A stretch of 64,000 nucleotides of DNA from assembly GCA_963832745.1 (NCBI GenBank), contig CAWHVC010000001.1, forward strand, positions 320,001 to 384,000. The letters run 5' to 3'. Every line of letters starts with the position of its first letter. Position 1 is the stretch's first letter. Below are positions 60,264-64,000 of this stretch, piece by piece. Under the pieces are notes generated by a model that saw only the letters and a list, made by a program, of their open reading frames with translations, had not been told where the DNA came from and did no database searches. Origin of the DNA: Candidatus Bathyarchaeota archaeon (GTDB lineage Archaea > Thermoproteota > Bathyarchaeia > Bathyarchaeales > Bathycorpusculaceae). Both the position numbers and the translations under genes were made by a program.

Positions 60264-60385
60264 TTTGAGACCTCTTGCAGTGGTTTTTTCTTAAAGCTAA
60301 TAGTGCTCTTTTATCCTTATATGGTTGAAGGTTTCTTAAAAATTAGAAGCCAATTTTTTAAAAAGGGAAGAGATAGGTGAAATTC

Positions 60386-61672
60386 TTAAGCTTGGTCTGC
60401 GGGGGTTTTCTTTGACCTTTTTTTGAACATTAGTTTGGCAGTGAGGATTTTTTCGGTTGAGAACAGTTTTGAGGCAAAGTACATGATGATAACGGTAAAG
60501 ATTGTAACGTAGATGATGCCGAATAGGACTGTGGTGTAGTCGCCCATGATTACTGCTTTGGATGCTATGATTGGGTGGCTGTACGGGATTGCGTAAAATA
60601 TTGCTTTGACCGCGGTTGGTAACGTGTTTATGTCCAAGTACATTAGTGCCATTGATGGTATGAAGATTAACGGGTAAATGTAGCCTATGAGGGCTTGTGC
60701 GCTGCGGACGTTTTCTGCGAAACTGGACATGACAACGGCTAGAGCAAGTGCGGATAATAACGTGACGAAAAGGGATATTCCAAGCATGATGTAGCCAAAG
60801 GTTGAGGGAACCAAGCCCAGGGTGACGAGGTCAACGTTTGCAGTGTTGGGGATGCCCATTGTGATTGAGCCTATCATGTATGAGTAGCCGACTAGGACTG
60901 TTACTGCTGCGACGCCGGCGACGATGACTGTGCTTGAGACTTTGCCCATTAGTATTGCAAAGCGGTCTACGGGTGCGGTTAGGAGTGTTTCAAGGGTTTT
61001 TTCTTCTTTTTCCATTGCGACGCTGGTTGCGGCTATCTGCATTGCGTATGTAATCATTATCATGACGGTTAAAGGCAAAGCGATTGATTGTGAAATCATT
61101 AAGCCGGATAAGGTTGCTGGGTCTATGCCTTCTTGTACTTGGCCTTTGATGATTGTTGATTGTGTTGTCAGGACTGCGTCGGGGGCGATTGCGCGGTTGA
61201 AGGCTTCGACGTATAGGGTTAAGCTTGAGGTGCCGATATCGCTAAAGATGCCGCCGCCTTGGAAGACACCGTAAATGTTGACGTCTGTTGTTGTGTTGAA
61301 GGTGCCGTTTAGGTGCTGGGTCATGTTTTGGCTGAATCCTGCTGGGATTTCCATGAATTGTGTGCTGTTGTAATTTGCGAGGAGATTTTGGTCTATGACT
61401 TGTTGGGCGGGGATGTCTTTTAGGACTTGAACATTCATGGACGAGTTAAGGTATGCTATGAAGGTTTGGCTCCAGTTGCCGCCGTCATTGTCTACGACGA
61501 CCAAGGTGGCTTTTTGTGCTTGTTCCTGCGCGCTGGTCACTGCGTAACCCATTACTAAGCCTAGGACAGGGAACATTATGAGTGGAACAAGAATCATGCC
61601 GACCAAAATTTTGGGGTCCCGCATGAGTTCTTTAAGCTCTTTTAGAAGAATCGTTGTAAAGCCTTTAAGCAT
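60386..61672 (-). CDS. ABC-2 permease, NatB-like
   Basis: LKELKELMRDPK, AMEKEEKTLETLLTAPVDR...ILMGK; ATG 61672 overlaps the ATPase stop. Confidence 0.9.
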   Translation of the reverse strand: MLKGFTTILLKELKELMRDPKILVGMILVPLIMFPVLGLVMGYAVTSAQEQAQKATLVVVDNDGGNWSQTFIAYLNSSMNVQVLKDIPAQQVIDQNLLANYNSTQFMEIPAGFSQNMTQHLNGTFNTTTDVNIYGVFQGGGIFSDIGTSSLTLYVEAFNRAIAPDAVLTTQSTIIKGQVQEGIDPATLSGLMISQSIALPLTVMIMITYAMQIAATSVAMEKEEKTLETLLTAPVDRFAILMGKVSSTVIVAGVAAVTVLVGYSYMIGSITMGIPNTANVDLVTLGLVPSTFGYIMLGISLFVTLLSALALAVVMSSFAENVRSAQALIGYIYPLIFIPSMALMYLDINTLPTAVKAIFYAIPYSHPIIASKAVIMGDYTTVLFGIIYVTIFTVIIMYFASKLFSTEKILTAKLMFKKRSKKTPADQA

Positions 61673-62408
61673 AACCTGCCACCTTCGCGAAGACTTCTTC
61701 GAGGTTTTCGCTGCCATACTTGGCTTTAAGTTCTTTTGGTTCGCCTTCAACAACGATTTTGCCTTTGTTAACAAAAGAGACGCGGTTGCAGAGGTATTCT
61801 ACTTCAAGCATGTTGTGGCTGCTTAAAATTACGGTGATTCCGTAATCTTTGACGTAACGCTTGATGATCTCTCGAACGTGGTAAGCGTGGAGAACGTCTA
61901 AGCCGCTTGCGGGTTCATCGAGCACTGCCAATTTGGGGTGGGTCATAAGGGCGCGGGCGATGAGGAGACGGCGTTTCATGCCTTTACTGTAGGTTTTGGC
62001 GCGGTCTTTTAGGCGGTCTCCGAGTCCGCTGAGTTCTGCGGCTTCGTTTACCATGGTTTTGAGGTCGCGGTCTGGGGTTTGATTGAATTTTGCCATGAAC
62101 TGGAGGTATTCAAGGCCAGTGAGGTTTGGGTAAGCGCCCGATTCTTCTGGCAGGTAACTGAGGATTTTTCGGACTTCAGCGGCTTTAGAAACGACGTCTA
62201 ACCCGAATATGTCAATTTTACCTGAAGTTGGCAAAATTAGGGTGCAGATGGTGCGTAGTGTGGTTGTTTTGCCGGCGCCGTTTGGGCCGATTAATCCGTA
62301 GACTTCGCCGGGTTTAACGGTGAAGCTTAATTCATCCAACGCGCGGACAGTGCCGAATTGTTTTACTAACGATTTAGCATCAACAGCAAGAGTCAAAGTA
62401 TGATACAC
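61665..62408 (-). CDS. ABC transporter ATP-binding protein, NatA-like
   Basis: GPNGAGKTT, YSKGMKRR, LDEPASGLD, SSHNMLEVE. Confidence 0.95.
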   Translation of the reverse strand: MYHTLTLAVDAKSLVKQFGTVRALDELSFTVKPGEVYGLIGPNGAGKTTTLRTICTLILPTSGKIDIFGLDVVSKAAEVRKILSYLPEESGAYPNLTGLEYLQFMAKFNQTPDRDLKTMVNEAAELSGLGDRLKDRAKTYSKGMKRRLLIARALMTHPKLAVLDEPASGLDVLHAYHVREIIKRYVKDYGITVILSSHNMLEVEYLCNRVSFVNKGKIVVEGEPKELKAKYGSENLEEVFAKVAGYA

Positions 62409-62644
62409 GCTCTCCCGAAATATTCGGGCAATATCGATATAAAGTTAATCAAGCGTAAACAGCGATTGAGCGCTTTTTGGGGTTTGGGTTTGCAAATTAC
62501 TTTTTCTTAAAAATTCACAGAGGGTGAAAAAGCATCAGTAGGATCTATATTCTCAGTGTTTTACAGTTTTTTTGGAGTTTTTTTGTGGTGTTGCTGAAAG
62601 GGTTTATTAAGGCAATAAGTGAATTACTGCGTTTGGTGTAAAAA

Positions 62645-62737
62645 ATGGTATATACACTTTTCATTGAAGAAGACGAAGAAAACTGCGACGACGACTGCGA
62701 TTGCGACTGCGAATGTGAAGACTGCGAGGACGAGTAA
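62645..62737 (+). CDS. 30-aa acidic cysteine-rich peptide (metallothionein/phytochelatin-like)
   Basis: MVYTLFIEEDEENCDDDCDCDCECEDCEDE; TTTATTAA at ~62603, GGTG SD, downstream hairpin and T-tracts. Confidence 0.65.
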   Translation: MVYTLFIEEDEENCDDDCDCDCECEDCEDE

Positions 62738-62796
62738 ACCCGCAAAAATGTGCGGTAACCCTTCCTTTTTTCCGTTTTTTAAATCTGACCCGTTTT

Positions 62797-63723
62797 TTAT
62801 TCTAAAAATTGCTCCAAATACTCTGTAACCAACACGTAGGCTTGAGCGTCTTCTGGGCCTATCCGAACCCCGCCTCGGTCAGTTTTGATTAAAACTTCAC
62901 CATCATTCTCGCCAACAGGCTCATTATACCTTATCCTGTAAACAAGCATAGTCACCTTATCATTTTGCACTTGAAAAGTCAACAAAGGAAACTTGACACC
63001 TGGAAAAAATACGTCAAACTTTTCCCCCGTACGCTTCTCAATCATAAAATCTTTGCGTTCCTCCAAACCCAACAAACTATCCAAAAGGCTACCCTTAAAC
63101 CTGGGAAAACCCGACTGCACTTCCAATTCAGCCTTCCTCTTAACCGCACCAATCAGTCCATCTAATGCCAAATCATCCCAAAGCTCCACCCCCACCTTTT
63201 CCGCCTCCACCTTTGCCTGCTCAGAAAAACCCGTAGTAACCAAAACTATCGCCGTATCACATTCATAGATACGTTTTGCCTGCAGAGCCATCAAAACAAT
63301 CGCATCCGAAACCACACAATTTTTGGGATATTTACGCGCTAAAACCGCTGTTTTGCCACCGCTTTTAGAGGCAATATAGTCTATGCCTTGAAAGGCTTGT
63401 ATTTTTTCGGGGTGAATGTCATAGCCTAATTCTTGCATAAGCCATTTTGTAAAGTTCTCAAACTCTTTACCAGATAAACTGTCAAGGGTGTAGACGGGTT
63501 CTTTTTGCTGCTTTAAGCCAGTTTGTCTTTCAGCGACAGTTCTTAAGATTTTATGCTCAATCATTTCCGTTTTTTGTAAATGTTCTTTTTCGATTCTGCT
63601 TGCAAGCACTTCTGCCTTGTCAAGAGGCAACCTGAGTTCATCTTGGAGAACCTCTATAATGTCAAGGTTTGGGTACCGATTGAAGATTTCTTGTAAAACT
63701 CCGTTAAACTTTACGTGACGCAT
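62797..63723 (-). CDS. Mrr-like restriction endonuclease-fold protein with degenerate catalytic motif
   Basis: LSGKEFENF...LGY...GIDYIA...AVLARKY...IVLVTTGFSEQAKVEA...VELWD. Confidence 0.8.
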   Translation of the reverse strand: MRHVKFNGVLQEIFNRYPNLDIIEVLQDELRLPLDKAEVLASRIEKEHLQKTEMIEHKILRTVAERQTGLKQQKEPVYTLDSLSGKEFENFTKWLMQELGYDIHPEKIQAFQGIDYIASKSGGKTAVLARKYPKNCVVSDAIVLMALQAKRIYECDTAIVLVTTGFSEQAKVEAEKVGVELWDDLALDGLIGAVKRKAELEVQSGFPRFKGSLLDSLLGLEERKDFMIEKRTGEKFDVFFPGVKFPLLTFQVQNDKVTMLVYRIRYNEPVGENDGEVLIKTDRGGVRIGPEDAQAYVLVTEYLEQFLE

Positions 63724-63735
63724 ACCTTTTAGCTC

Positions 63736-64000
63736 CTATCGAGTGCTTTTTCCCGCATGTTTAGGACATAGCTGATGTTTAAACTCGTCAGTGTAAGACA
63801 AATTCGCTTTCGAGTAAATTTTTCCGCTACCGCACACATCACAAAAACCGTAATGCTGGATACATACGCTTGAATTGTCGTAACTGCATTTAAACTCAAG
63901 CAAGCGACTATGCCGTTTTCCGCAGACCGAACACACAAACCCTGAACCCTGCTCAATATACTCTTTTAAAGTATCATCAAAAGTTAAGACAGCTTTTTTG
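63736..64000 (-). CDS. C-terminal Cys/His-rich (Zn-finger) end of a gene starting beyond the window
   Basis: Frame open to the window edge: ...FVCSVCGKRH...C...CIQH..CDVC...LCPKH; stop 12 nt before the Mrr-like gene. Confidence 0.7.
   Translation of the reverse strand, partial: KKAVLTFDDTLKEYIEQGSGFVCSVCGKRHSRLLEFKCSYDNSSVCIQHYGFCDVCGSGKIYSKANLSYTDEFKHQLCPKHAGKSTR

Noticed and set aside
62545-62828. Ser-rich antisense ORF (62545..62745) and Thr/Ala-rich ORF (62619..62828)
   Set aside because: Shadow frames of the acidic Cys peptide; TATA, SD and terminator fit only the 62645..62737 frame.
503-63268. Numerous 60-160 aa ORFs antisense or out of frame within long genes (e.g. 827..1201, 1571..2002, 9635..10027, 17624..18097, 31705..32127)
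   Set aside because: They lie within well-supported CDSs and carry no motifs of their own.
1-64000. Genome-wide TAG reassignment (pyrrolysine code)
   Set aside because: TAG ends genes at sensible positions (MCP 9563, wHTH 11799, DUF6325-like 55076, dedA 57814); only one internal TAG was seen.
1-64000. CRISPR array, transposase or integrase
   Set aside because: No regularly spaced direct repeats and no DDE, HUH or tyrosine-recombinase motifs were recognised.

Overview
64 kb of archaeal chromosome, most consistent with Bathyarchaeia. This is an inference from the proteasome alpha subunit, an intron-containing tRNA-Trp, TATA/BRE promoters, GGTGA/GGAGG Shine-Dalgarno (SD) sites, and many Kelch/Ig-like surface proteins. 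The window holds a group-4 hydrogenase-related (Ehr) operon whose large subunit lacks the N-terminal Ni-binding CxxC, a soluble MCP-CheW pair, four ABC transporters, HtrA, a proteasome alpha gene outside its usual context, three tRNAs (Ser-GCT, Gly-GCC, Trp-CCA with a 60-nt intron), a histidine kinase, gnd, a core MetE and several internally deleted pseudogenes. I found no CRISPR array and no transposase. Most notable observations: (1) a probable envelope-stress regulon in which a wHTH regulator and a membrane partner are flanked by three promoters sharing 11-bp-phased TTTGGG repeats; (2) a highly structured 5' leader in that regulon whose hairpin loop can pair with the downstream SD; (3) a dispersed ~55-90 bp intergenic repeat ending in a G-string, occurring as inverted pairs; (4) an unannotated 30-aa (D/E-C)n peptide gene; (5) a secreted DnaJ-zinc-finger/TM/degenerate-Mrr fusion; (6) a TiaS/Mmp11-like enzyme in an operon with a CPBP-like protein; (7) three apparent ATA/ACG start codons. 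All family calls come from motif recognition by eye; no database searches were run.
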